64,000 nt of DNA. Source: an uncultured Candidatus Saccharibacteria bacterium. Its GTDB lineage: Bacteria > Patescibacteriota > Minisyncoccia > Phycocordibacterales > CAIRYW01. The stretch covers positions 1,598-65,597 of the forward strand of contig CAYORS010000002.1 in the NCBI GenBank assembly GCA_964406475.1. Direction: 5' to 3'. Positions 19,276 through 27,900 of the stretch are shown here, piece by piece (the stretch's first letter is position 1; every line of letters begins with the position of its first letter). The notes beneath the pieces are model-generated. The model was given only the letters and a program-made list of their open reading frames with translations, did not search any database and had not been told where the DNA came from. A program made the position numbers and the translations under genes.

Positions 19276-21174
19276 ATGGCATTAGATGAAATAAGAAATA
19301 TACGACTCCAAAAACTCGAACAAATCAAAAAATCGGGAATGAATCCTTTCCCAAGTAAAACGATTCGCACTCACACTCTGAAGGAAGTAGAAGATAATTT
19401 TGACGAGTTGTCTGTTTCCCATACACAGGTTACGCTTGCTGGACGGGTAATGTCTTTGCGTGGGCAGGGGGCACTTGTGTTTTTTGATCTTTTTGACGGT
19501 ACGGCAAGATTCCAGTCACTTTTTAAAAAAGATGATACCACCGAAAAAGGTTTTGTGTTTTTTAAAGATGTGGTTGATATGGGGGATTTTGTCGAGGTGA
19601 CAGGAACTCTTTTTGTAACAAAAACAGGTCAAAAAACTATTGAAGTCATCGACTGGCGTATGCTTACAAAATCAATCCTTCCTCTTCCTGAAAAATGGCA
19701 CGGACTTCAAGATACAGAAGAAAGATTCCGCAAACGATATCTTGATATTTTGGGTAACGATGAGCTTCGAGATTTGTTTATCAAAAAGGCAAAGTTCTGG
19801 CAAGTAACACGAAGATTTTTGACTGAGAGAGGGTTTTTGGAAGTGGAAACACCAACACTCGAGATTACAACAGGAGGTGCAGAAGCAAATCCTTTTAAGA
19901 CTCATCACAATGATTTTGATATTGATGTATATATGCGAATTTCTGTGGGTGAGCTTTGGCAGAAGCGTCTGATGGCTGCAGGCTTTCCAAAAACTTTTGA
20001 AATCGGAAGGATTTATCGTAATGAAGGTTCGAGCCCGGACCATACACAAGAGTTTACAAATATGGAGTTTTACTACGCCTTTGCAGACTATCGTGATGGT
20101 ATGAAACTTGTGAAAGAGCTCTACCAAACAATCGCACAAGAGGTTTTTGGCACAACTAAGTTTGAAACACGTGGTTATACTTTTGATCTCGCAGATGAAT
20201 GGAAAGAGATTGATTATAGTGAAGAGATAAAGCGACAAACCGGTATTGATATATTTGGTGCGGATGTATCAGAGATGAAAGCTAAACTCAAAGAGCTTAA
20301 TGTAAAATATGAAGGTGATAGTAAAGAACGTCTCACTGATACCTTGTGGAAGTTTTGTCGTAAACATATTGCAGGTCCTGCATTTTTGCTTCATCATCCA
20401 AAACTCGTCGCACCTCTTGCAAAAGAAAGCGGTAAAGACGCCCGTGTTGTCGAACGATTCCAGGTTATCTTGGCGGGAAGTGAGATTGGTAATGGATATT
20501 CAGAATTAAACGACCCGATCGATCAGCGTCAAAGATTTGAAGAACAACAAGCTCTTATCGACAAAGGGGACAACGAAGCGATGATGGCAGACTACGAATT
20601 CGTAGAGATGCTTGAACACGGAATGCCACCAACCTGTGGGTTTGGATTTGGAGAGAGACTCTTTTCTTTCCTTGTTGATAAACCAATACGCGAGACCCAG
20701 TATTTCCCACTCATGAAGCAAAAAGAAGTGGTACTTTCTAAAAAAGAAGCCGAAGCAAAATATCGTTCAAAGAAATTCGTTGCTATTGCGGATCCGGCTC
20801 ATGGATACGGTGTGACTGCAAACGCTTTGGGACAGCTTGGTATTTCTATTGGGGGATTTTCAAAAGAGAAATTATTTGATAAAGAAATTCTTCATGACAA
20901 AGATGGACGTATACATTATGTAGATGGATTTTATCCGATGACAAACCTTGCAGGTACTCAGGAAGACATGGCAAAGTTTGTGGCTAAATGTTATGAGGCA
21001 AAGATTCAAGTATTTGATTTCTCTATGATTATGCGTAAAGCTCACTCAGATAAAGAAATGGAAGAAGGGTATAAAAAAGTGTCTACAAAAGATGTACCAT
21101 ATATAGCAGTAGGAGCACTTGTTCCTGGGGACTTTGAGAAAGAGTTTTTGTCTACTCTAAAATTATTTAGCTAA
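19276..21174 (+). CDS. lysS: Lysyl-tRNA synthetase (class II) with a ~150-aa C-terminal extra domain
   Basis: OB-fold N-terminus plus class II core, ending …IRETQYFPLMKQK at ~aa 480. Residues 481-632 form an additional globular domain (AIADPAHGYGVTANALGQLGISIG…). Confidence 0.9.
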   Translation: MALDEIRNIRLQKLEQIKKSGMNPFPSKTIRTHTLKEVEDNFDELSVSHTQVTLAGRVMSLRGQGALVFFDLFDGTARFQSLFKKDDTTEKGFVFFKDVVDMGDFVEVTGTLFVTKTGQKTIEVIDWRMLTKSILPLPEKWHGLQDTEERFRKRYLDILGNDELRDLFIKKAKFWQVTRRFLTERGFLEVETPTLEITTGGAEANPFKTHHNDFDIDVYMRISVGELWQKRLMAAGFPKTFEIGRIYRNEGSSPDHTQEFTNMEFYYAFADYRDGMKLVKELYQTIAQEVFGTTKFETRGYTFDLADEWKEIDYSEEIKRQTGIDIFGADVSEMKAKLKELNVKYEGDSKERLTDTLWKFCRKHIAGPAFLLHHPKLVAPLAKESGKDARVVERFQVILAGSEIGNGYSELNDPIDQRQRFEEQQALIDKGDNEAMMADYEFVEMLEHGMPPTCGFGFGERLFSFLVDKPIRETQYFPLMKQKEVVLSKKEAEAKYRSKKFVAIADPAHGYGVTANALGQLGISIGGFSKEKLFDKEILHDKDGRIHYVDGFYPMTNLAGTQEDMAKFVAKCYEAKIQVFDFSMIMRKAHSDKEMEEGYKKVSTKDVPYIAVGALVPGDFEKEFLSTLKLFS

Positions 21175-21225
21175 TTTTTTAGATAAAATAAAAGGTATTA
21201 CAATTCGCTATTTAATTTTATCACA

Positions 21226-21258
21226 ACAACTCCGCTAGGTCGGACCTAGCGGAGTTGT
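21226..21258. repeat. REP-like palindrome (left end of the element)
   Basis: 16-1-16 perfect hairpin. Confidence 0.7.
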
Positions 21259-21285
21259 GATACATAATATATACTATGTATTAAT

Positions 21286-21945
21286 ATGGCAGTTCGAAAA
21301 GTAAAATTCAGTGTTGGTGAATATTACCATCTTTATAATCGTGGAAATAGTAAGCAGAAGATATTTCACGATCAAGAAGATTATAATCGCTTTGCTGCAC
21401 TACTCTATGCTTGTAATAGAGAAGAAAATATTAAAGCAGATGATCTTGGGAAAAAAGAGGATTTTTTTCATTTGGATCAAAGTGACGCTTGCATTGTTGC
21501 CATTGGTGCATATTGTCTAATGCCAAATCACTTTCATCTACTCATTAATGAAATTATAGATAATGGTATTACTAGATTTATGAGAAAACTATGCACTGCA
21601 TATGTTATGTACTACAACAAAAAGTACAAGAGAACAGGTGGATTATTTGAGGGTAAATTTAAATCTGAATACCTATTGTCTGATCGGTATTTAAAATACA
21701 TATTTTCTTATATTCATTTGAACCCTGTAAAATTGATAGAGCCAAAATGGCGAGATATAGGTGTCAAAAATATTCACGGTGTAAAGCGATATTTGAATTC
21801 TTACAAATATTCGAGTTATTGTGATTATCTTGGTGAAAATAGGAAGCATAATTCAATTTTGAATATAGATAGATTTCCAAAGTATTTTCCAACAAAACGT
21901 TCTTTTGAATATGAAATTCAAAATTGGATTAATTTCAAAATTTAA
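21286..21945 (+). CDS. HuH-Y1 transposase of the IS200/IS605 / REP-associated tyrosine transposase (RAYT) type
   Basis: HuH motif PNHFHLLINE. Catalytic-Tyr motif YIFSYIHLNPVK (compare YIxxNP). Confidence 0.75.
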   Translation: MAVRKVKFSVGEYYHLYNRGNSKQKIFHDQEDYNRFAALLYACNREENIKADDLGKKEDFFHLDQSDACIVAIGAYCLMPNHFHLLINEIIDNGITRFMRKLCTAYVMYYNKKYKRTGGLFEGKFKSEYLLSDRYLKYIFSYIHLNPVKLIEPKWRDIGVKNIHGVKRYLNSYKYSSYCDYLGENRKHNSILNIDRFPKYFPTKRSFEYEIQNWINFKI

Positions 21946-21947
21946 AT

Positions 21948-21990
21948 GTTGTTTCTCTCCGCTAGGTCGGACCTAGCGGAGAGAAACAAC
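21948..21990. repeat. REP-like palindrome (right end of the element)
   Basis: 21-1-21 perfect hairpin with the same core as the left one. Confidence 0.7.
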
Positions 21991-22055
21991 TAAGATTTAC
22001 TAGGGTCTTGTTTATTGAATATTTTTTTTGGTGTGTTATTCTTGAGATAGAAATT

Positions 22056-22343
22056 ATGAAATCAAAAAAACTTTGCCGTGAGAAGCCAACTCATAAGCAC
22101 ACTCCCTTTGATAAAGTGATTGGTTTGTTCTATCAACGTGATCCACATGTTACATTTGAAGATTGTGTGGTAGCTGCTCAAACAATAAGGGACGTTTGTC
22201 GTCTTTGTTGGATTGCTGCTCATCGATGGCAACAAACGATCGTTGTCAGGTTAATAGAAACAAGATTTGGTGGACAAGTGCGTCCTTTTAAAGCATTTTG
22301 CCGGCATTTTGATCCATTCTTTTATTGTTTGCGTTTTGGATAA
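22056..22343 (+). CDS. Hypothetical basic Cys-rich protein (95 aa); coding status uncertain
   Basis: ORF with higher local GC immediately after the right REP hairpin. No recognisable motifs. Confidence 0.3.
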   Translation: MKSKKLCREKPTHKHTPFDKVIGLFYQRDPHVTFEDCVVAAQTIRDVCRLCWIAAHRWQQTIVVRLIETRFGGQVRPFKAFCRHFDPFFYCLRFG

Positions 22344-22442
22344 ACTTCATCTTTCTCAAGGTGGAGTTTTTTTATTTTCATTACACCTTCTCCTGGTGCG
22401 TTTTATTTAATGTGGAAAACTTTGTGTTGCAAGACATATAAA

Positions 22443-22478
22443 GTGGTATAATGTGGTATGTAAGTGGGATGAAGTGGT
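22443..22478 (+). promoter_or_regulatory. MraZ-box operator: four direct GTGG[TG]A repeats at 10-11 bp spacing overlapping the TATAAT -10 element upstream of mraZ
   Basis: aaGTGGTAtaatGTGGTAtgtaaGTGGGAtgaaGTGGTAaa. An extra GTGGAA at 22412. Confidence 0.55.
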
Positions 22479-22489
22479 AAAATAAAAAT

Positions 22490-22924
22490 ATGCTTATTGG
22501 AGAATATACACATACCATAGACGACAAAAAACGAATATCTTTGCCATCAAAGTTTCGTAAAGAAGTCGGCAAAAAAATCATCGCTACTTATGGTCTCGAA
22601 GGGTGTCTTTTTTTGTATCCTCTTCAGGAATGGAAAAAGATCTCAGAAGAGATGGGTAAAATGGATTCGCTCAAGGCGGATACTCGAGGTTTCAATCGTT
22701 TTATGTTCGGTGGAGCGGTTGAACTTGAGGTCGATTCTCTCGGTCGTATTTTGGTTCCTGAATATTTGCGTGATTTTGCACATCTCAAAGACAAATCTGT
22801 TTTTATAGGTGTACTCAAAAGAATTGAGATGTGGAACGAACAGAAATGGCAAGAATATAAGTCACGTGTCGTAGGGGAAGCGGATACATTAGCAGAGAAA
22901 TTAAGCCAATCAGGAGCATTTTAG
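22490..22924 (+). CDS. mraZ: Transcriptional regulator MraZ
   Basis: MLIGEYTHTIDDKKRISLPSKFR… (compare MFxGxxxxxxDxKGRxxxP). Two SpoVT/AbrB-like repeats. Confidence 0.9.
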   Translation: MLIGEYTHTIDDKKRISLPSKFRKEVGKKIIATYGLEGCLFLYPLQEWKKISEEMGKMDSLKADTRGFNRFMFGGAVELEVDSLGRILVPEYLRDFAHLKDKSVFIGVLKRIEMWNEQKWQEYKSRVVGEADTLAEKLSQSGAF

Positions 22925-22927
22925 TGT

Positions 22928-23824
22928 ATGTCAACCGAATATATTCATAAAAGTGTTCTTTTAAAAGAAATGGTAGACGGTCTTTCGATACAAAAAGACG
23001 ATGTTATTGTGGATTGTACCTTAAATACAGGAGGACACAGTGAATACATCTTAAACAAATACAATGATGTGACTGTAGTAGGTATTGATGCTGACAAAGA
23101 GGCAATCACAAAAGCACAATCTCGTCTCGGTAGTTTTGGTCAAAGATTCATCCCTCAAAAATCCAATTTTAGAAATCTTGATGATGTTCTTTCTAGATTA
23201 AGATATGAAACTGTTCAAGGATTTATGTTTGATCTTGGATGGAGTTCGGATCAGCTTGAACTTTCGGGAAGAGGATTTACTTTTCAAAAAGATGAACCTC
23301 TTCATATGTCGTACAATTCTGAAGAAAAAGACATCACAGCAAGAACTGTTGTTAATGAATGGTCAGAAGAAACCCTTGCATCAATCATCAAAGGTTTTGG
23401 AGAAGAATCCTTTGCACGAAGAATTGCCAAGGCGATTGTTGAAGCAAGAAAGATTCATTCCATCGAGACTACAAGAGAGCTTAAAGAGATTGTTTGGCAG
23501 GCGGTACCTGTTTTTTATAGAAAAAAGAAAATACATCCCGCAACAAAAACCTTTCAAGCCATTCGTATTGCTGTCAATGATGAGTTTGGAGCACTCACGG
23601 AGGGGCTTGCCAAAGCATTTGAGAAGCTCGAGGTGGGACGAAGGATTGCTGTCATATCATTTCATTCTTTAGAGGATAGGATTGTCAAACAATGGGCAAA
23701 AGCCTTGGTAGAAGAACAAAAAGCAATTTTAATAAACAAAAAACCTATTATTCCTGGCAACGAAGAATTAAACCATAACCCCCGAGCTCGAAGTGCAAAA
23801 TTAAGAATTATTCAAAAAAAATAA
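22928..23824 (+). CDS. rsmH: 16S rRNA (cytosine1402-N4)-methyltransferase RsmH (MraW)
   Basis: SAM-binding VDCTLNTGGHS. Position after mraZ. Confidence 0.9.
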   Translation: MSTEYIHKSVLLKEMVDGLSIQKDDVIVDCTLNTGGHSEYILNKYNDVTVVGIDADKEAITKAQSRLGSFGQRFIPQKSNFRNLDDVLSRLRYETVQGFMFDLGWSSDQLELSGRGFTFQKDEPLHMSYNSEEKDITARTVVNEWSEETLASIIKGFGEESFARRIAKAIVEARKIHSIETTRELKEIVWQAVPVFYRKKKIHPATKTFQAIRIAVNDEFGALTEGLAKAFEKLEVGRRIAVISFHSLEDRIVKQWAKALVEEQKAILINKKPIIPGNEELNHNPRARSAKLRIIQKK

Positions 23825-23832
23825 AAAAGACT

Positions 23833-24135
23833 ATGACAAAAATGCCAACACAATATATATATCAAAAGCAAGTGTGGACTCTCGGAGGAGTTTTGTCTGT
23901 ACTTCTGATTGCGTATGTATCTTTGGTTGGGATGACTATTTTTAATACATTAGCACGACAACAATCAGAAAGAGATATAGCGCGTATTACAAGTGAACTT
24001 AGTCAAACAGAGTTTTCTTATCTCAACTCAAAAGCGCAAATCAATCTCGAGCTTGCTCGTAAAATGGGTTTTGTTGATGTCTCTCGTATTATTGTTGCAA
24101 AAGAAGATTCTCTCACAGCTTACGTCCCGCGTTAA
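23833..24135 (+). CDS. ftsL: Cell division protein FtsL-like (single-pass membrane, coiled coil)
   Basis: 100 aa, one TM (GGVLSVLLIAYVSLVGMTIF). Position between rsmH and ftsI. Confidence 0.5.
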   Translation: MTKMPTQYIYQKQVWTLGGVLSVLLIAYVSLVGMTIFNTLARQQSERDIARITSELSQTEFSYLNSKAQINLELARKMGFVDVSRIIVAKEDSLTAYVPR

Positions 24136-24144
24136 TTTGTTTTT

Positions 24145-25851
24145 ATGAATCAACTTACCACAAAAAGATTACGATTTGTGTCATTGGGAATTGTGGGAAT
24201 TGCCCTTATTTTTTTTGTTAAGTTATATTTGCTCCAGGTTGTTCATAATGAAGATTTTATTAATCTTGCGGACAAACAATATACGCGAAACGCTCAGGGT
24301 GTGTTCTCTCGAGGATCTATTTATTTTGAAAGCAAAGACGGTGAACTTATCTCTGCGGGTACTCTTAAAACAGGCTACACTCTCGCAGTGAATCCGAAAC
24401 TTTTGAAAGATGTAGATGTTGTATATGAAAAAATAAACGCAATTATTCCTCTCGATAAAGAAGAGTTTTTGTCAAAAGCACAGAAGATCAATGATCCTTA
24501 CGAAGAGGTGCAAAAGAAAATCAGTGAAGAAGATGCAGAAAAGATCCGCAATGAAAAGCTCACCGGTGTGTATTTATATAAAGAACAGTGGAGATATTAT
24601 CCTGGTGGCAAAACAGCTGCACATATTTTGGGATTTTTGGGGTACAAAGGGGATGAGTATGCGGGGCGTTATGGGCTAGAAAAACAATACAACGATGTCT
24701 TGTCTCGCAATCAAAACAACGTGTATGCCAATTTTTTTGTCGAGATTTTTTCAAATATCGAAAAGTCTTTATCGAATGATGATTCTTTTGAAGGTGATAT
24801 TGTGGCAACAATTGAACCGTCTGTGCAAGTAAGTCTTGAAGATACATTGCAAAAAATCCAATCACGATGGAATTCTGCAGAAACAGGAGGTGTGATAATG
24901 AACCCAAAAACAGGTGAAATTTATGCACTTGCATCAGTGCCTAATTTTGATCCTAACAGTTTTAATCTCGAAAAAGATGTATCTGTTTTTTCTAATCCAC
25001 TTGTTGATAATGTAAGAGAGATGGGGTCTATCATCAAGCCTCTTACTATTGCAGCGGGTATCGATGCTGGTGTCATTACTCCCAAAACAACCTATGATGA
25101 CAAAGGGTATGTTAAGGCAGATACAGAAACGATTTGGAATCATGACAAAAAAGGTCACGGAGTGATTTCTATGCAAGAAGTACTCAATCAATCTTTGAAT
25201 ACAGGTGTGGCGTATGTGGTAAGTAAGCTTGGGAATAGTTTGTTTCGTGATTATATGGTGAAATACGGTCTCACAGAAAAAACAGGAATAGATTTGCCAA
25301 GTGAAGCAAGTAATATTATTAATAACCTCAACAGTCCGCGTAATGTCGAATATATCACAGCTTCTTTCGGTCAAGGTATTGCTCTGACTGCGATATCAAC
25401 TATTCGTGCCTTGTCTGTCATTGCAAATGGTGGTAACCTTATCGAACCTCACATAGTCAAAAAAATAAATTATCGCGGTGGATTTTTCAAAAATATTCCT
25501 ATTGTATCCAAAGAAGTGCTCAAAAAGGAATCTTCAGAAGCGATTACAAAAATGCTTGTTGAGGTGGTAGATACTGCACTTCTTAAAGGAAGTGGTAAAA
25601 ATCCTCACTATAGCATTGCTGCAAAAACAGGAACAGCTCAAATAGCAAAACCAAATGGAGGAGGGTATTATGATGATCGATTTTTGCATTCTTTTTTTGG
25701 GTATTTTCCAGCATATGATCCACAATTTATTGTCTTGTTGTACACATTAGACCCCAAAGCAAACAACTTTGCAGCGGATACACTTGCGATGCCGTTTTTT
25801 GATCTCTCAAAATTTCTGATCAATTACTATGAAGTTCCTCCCGATAGATAA
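24145..25851 (+). CDS. ftsI: Penicillin-binding protein 3 (FtsI, septal transpeptidase)
   Basis: N-terminal TM; SxxK (GSIIKPL), KTGTAQ. dcw cluster context. Confidence 0.85.
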   Translation: MNQLTTKRLRFVSLGIVGIALIFFVKLYLLQVVHNEDFINLADKQYTRNAQGVFSRGSIYFESKDGELISAGTLKTGYTLAVNPKLLKDVDVVYEKINAIIPLDKEEFLSKAQKINDPYEEVQKKISEEDAEKIRNEKLTGVYLYKEQWRYYPGGKTAAHILGFLGYKGDEYAGRYGLEKQYNDVLSRNQNNVYANFFVEIFSNIEKSLSNDDSFEGDIVATIEPSVQVSLEDTLQKIQSRWNSAETGGVIMNPKTGEIYALASVPNFDPNSFNLEKDVSVFSNPLVDNVREMGSIIKPLTIAAGIDAGVITPKTTYDDKGYVKADTETIWNHDKKGHGVISMQEVLNQSLNTGVAYVVSKLGNSLFRDYMVKYGLTEKTGIDLPSEASNIINNLNSPRNVEYITASFGQGIALTAISTIRALSVIANGGNLIEPHIVKKINYRGGFFKNIPIVSKEVLKKESSEAITKMLVEVVDTALLKGSGKNPHYSIAAKTGTAQIAKPNGGGYYDDRFLHSFFGYFPAYDPQFIVLLYTLDPKANNFAADTLAMPFFDLSKFLINYYEVPPDR

Positions 25852-25903
25852 TGATCTTGTAGACACGAGACACTATAATTATATTTAACGCAAAATCACT
25901 TAT

Positions 25904-27193
25904 ATGAAAGATATTTTCAAAAAAATCATCATCTTTATTCTTACACTTGAAGCAAAGCTTGTTATCAAAAAATACAAACCAAAGATCGTTGCCGTCACAG
26001 GAAGTGTGGGGAAAACATCAACAAAAGATGCGATTTATACAGCACTCTCTGCTTTTTTTTATGTTCGCAAGAGTGCCAAGAGTTTTAATAGTGATATAGG
26101 AATACCTCTTACTATTTTAGGGTTACCTAATGCATGGAGTGATGTAAAAATGTGGCTTTCTAATATATATGATGGATTCTTGCTTTTGGTCACAAAAACC
26201 AAGTATCCCGAATGGCTTGTTCTTGAGATTGGTGCAGACCATCCAGGTGAAATCGAGCGTGTGATGAAGTGGATTCATCCTGATATTTCTGTCATTACTC
26301 GTATTGGCAAGGTACCTGTACATGTTGAGTTTTATAAATCGGTCAAAGATGTGGTGCGTGAAAAATCTTTTTTGGCACGAGGCTTGAAGCTTGATGGAAC
26401 GTTGATTATTAATGCAGATGATGAGGATGTTGTAGGATTTAAAGAATACACAAAAGCAAAATCTATTTCTTTTGGTGTCAAAGAAAAAGCAGATATAAGA
26501 GCTAGCTTCATTGTTCCTCAATACAAGGATTCTAAAGTATCAGGAATGTCATTTAAGGTGGATAATGCTGGCTCAAGTTTGCCTATTGTGTTAAGTGGTA
26601 TTGTTGGCAATCAGTATGTCTATCCTGTATTGGCGAGTTTTGCTGTCATCCAATCACTCGGGCTCTCACCACTCAAAGCGGTCGATGCTTTTGAAAAATA
26701 TGACTACCCTCGTGGTCGAATGAATATTATTGATGGGATCAATAGTTCTGTCATTATTGATGATACGTATAACGCATCTCCTGTTGCTATGGAGGAGGGT
26801 TTTTATACAATCAAACATCTTGCAGTATTGGGCAAAAAAATTGCGATTATCGGTGATATGCTCGAACTCGGAAAGTTTTCACTTGATGAACATGAAAGAC
26901 TCGGATCTATTGCTGCAGATGTTTTTGATTTTGTGTGTTTGGTTGGGATCAGGGCTTCTGATATGAAGAACACTCTTCTTCAAAAGGGATTTGCTAAAGA
27001 TAATGTGTGTGTATTTGAAACAGCCAAAGAAGCGGGTGTTCATATGAAAGACAAAATATCCGAAGGAGATATTGTCTATGTCAAAGGATCTCAGGGAATG
27101 CGAATGGAGCGTGCTGTAGAAGAAATAATGAGCAATCAAAAAGACAAAGAAAAACTTCTTGTTCGACAAGAAAAAGAGTGGTTGAATAAGTAA
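25904..27193 (+). CDS. murF: UDP-N-acetylmuramoyl-tripeptide--D-alanyl-D-alanine ligase (MurF)
   Basis: Mur ligase P-loop VTGSVGKTSTKD. Three-domain organisation. Follows ftsI directly, with no murE in between. Confidence 0.8.
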   Translation: MKDIFKKIIIFILTLEAKLVIKKYKPKIVAVTGSVGKTSTKDAIYTALSAFFYVRKSAKSFNSDIGIPLTILGLPNAWSDVKMWLSNIYDGFLLLVTKTKYPEWLVLEIGADHPGEIERVMKWIHPDISVITRIGKVPVHVEFYKSVKDVVREKSFLARGLKLDGTLIINADDEDVVGFKEYTKAKSISFGVKEKADIRASFIVPQYKDSKVSGMSFKVDNAGSSLPIVLSGIVGNQYVYPVLASFAVIQSLGLSPLKAVDAFEKYDYPRGRMNIIDGINSSVIIDDTYNASPVAMEEGFYTIKHLAVLGKKIAIIGDMLELGKFSLDEHERLGSIAADVFDFVCLVGIRASDMKNTLLQKGFAKDNVCVFETAKEAGVHMKDKISEGDIVYVKGSQGMRMERAVEEIMSNQKDKEKLLVRQEKEWLNK

Positions 27194-27212
27194 ATGTGCT
27201 ACAATAATAAAA

Positions 27213-27472
27213 GAAAATAATTAACCCCTCTTCTGTTATGGACTCTACCTCTATTGCTCCTAAACAATTCTATCTCATCTATAGGTCTCGCAAGGACCCC
27301 GAACCCATCAGTCCCTCTGACTATAAAGACGGCATGCAGGCATATGGAAAAAGAGAAGAAGGTTCAGGCAACTTTTTGCCGTCACATATGTGGAAGGCTA
27401 TGGTTGGGTAGAGAGTGCAGATGTTACACATGCACAGAGATTTATGACATCAACCTAGGTTGATGTTTTTTA
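27213..27472 (+). ncRNA. Candidate ~260-nt structured small RNA (identity unknown)
   Basis: Extended -10 TGCTACAAT at 27198-27206. GC-richer stretch. Ends at hairpin CATCAACC-TA-GGTTGATG plus T6 (27448-27472). Confidence 0.3.
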
Positions 27473-27501
27473 TTGACTTTTGTTTTAATGTTCAATACAA
27501 T
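27473..27501 (+). promoter_or_regulatory. Consensus-like sigma-70 promoter TTGACT-17-TACAAT
   Basis: Read directly; starts immediately after the preceding terminator. Confidence 0.45.
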
Positions 27502-27507
27502 TAAACT

Positions 27508-27585
27508 ATGAATTTTAATCTAATAGCAAAGACATCTATTAAAGCCGTCAAGCATTATTGCTTCAGGGTTTGTCTTTGTTGTTAA
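27508..27585 (+). CDS. 25-aa Cys-rich micro-ORF (MNFNLIAKTSIKAVKHYCFRVCLCC) or small RNA body
   Basis: Lies between the consensus promoter and the strong bidirectional terminator. No SD. Confidence 0.25.
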   Translation: MNFNLIAKTSIKAVKHYCFRVCLCC

Positions 27586-27601
27586 TTACTCAATTTACAC
27601 T

Positions 27602-27640
27602 AAAAACAAGTCTTGAAGTCAATTTCAAGACTTGTTTTCA
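27602..27640. terminator. Bidirectional intrinsic terminator (AAAA-ACAAGTCTTGAA-GTCAAT-TTCAAGACTTGT-TTTT)
   Basis: Perfect 12-bp stem flanked by an A-run and a T-run. Confidence 0.65.
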
Positions 27641-27864
27641 TTTATGACTCATCCTATCCCACCCTTGCGTATCCGACATTCCGAATCAGTCCGAATCAAA
27701 ATCGGACTCAACCCTCAACCGTCTAAGACATGAACAGTTTACATGGCCTATTAGAGCCCTTTGATGATTCTTATGCATTCTTGTTTGATCTAGATCTTCA
27801 TCCTGCAGAGGATGTTTGGGGATCAGGCTAATTGTTCTTTTCTCGGGTGTTAATTCACTCGTGC

Positions 27865-27900
27865 ACACTTTGTTCCTATCGGGACAAAGTGTTTTTTTTA
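27865..27900 (+). terminator. Terminator-like hairpin plus U8 lying 15 nt upstream of the uvrB start (possible attenuator)
   Basis: ACACTTTGTTCC-TATC-GGGACAAAGTGT followed by TTTTTTTT. Confidence 0.4.

Larger units (their letters stand above)
21226..21990 (+). mobile_element. Minimal IS200/IS605-family (RAYT-like) element: HuH Y1 transposase gene flanked by two near-identical palindromic hairpins
   Basis: Left hairpin 21226-21258 (ACAACTCCGCTAGGTC-G-GACCTAGCGGAGTTGT). Right hairpin 21948-21990 (GTTGTTTCTCTCCGCTAGGTC-G-GACCTAGCGGAGAGAAACAAC). Both share the 25-bp core CTCCGCTAGGTCGGACCTAGCGGAG. Confidence 0.6.

Noticed and set aside
27254-27463. 69-aa ORF (MLLNNSISSIGLARTPNPS…) inside the murF-uvrB island as a protein gene
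   Set aside because: No RBS, odd composition, and it exactly fills a promoter-to-terminator unit that looks like RNA. Treated as a non-coding candidate.
27213-27472. Calling the sRNA candidate SRP RNA, RNase P RNA, tmRNA or 6S RNA
   Set aside because: The conserved cores are missing: GGAAAGUCCGGGC for RNase P, the tRNA-like 3' end GGUUCGAUUCC…CCA for tmRNA, and GGAAG…AGCAGC domain IV for SRP. Only a weak SRP-like resemblance is present, and not enough for a call.
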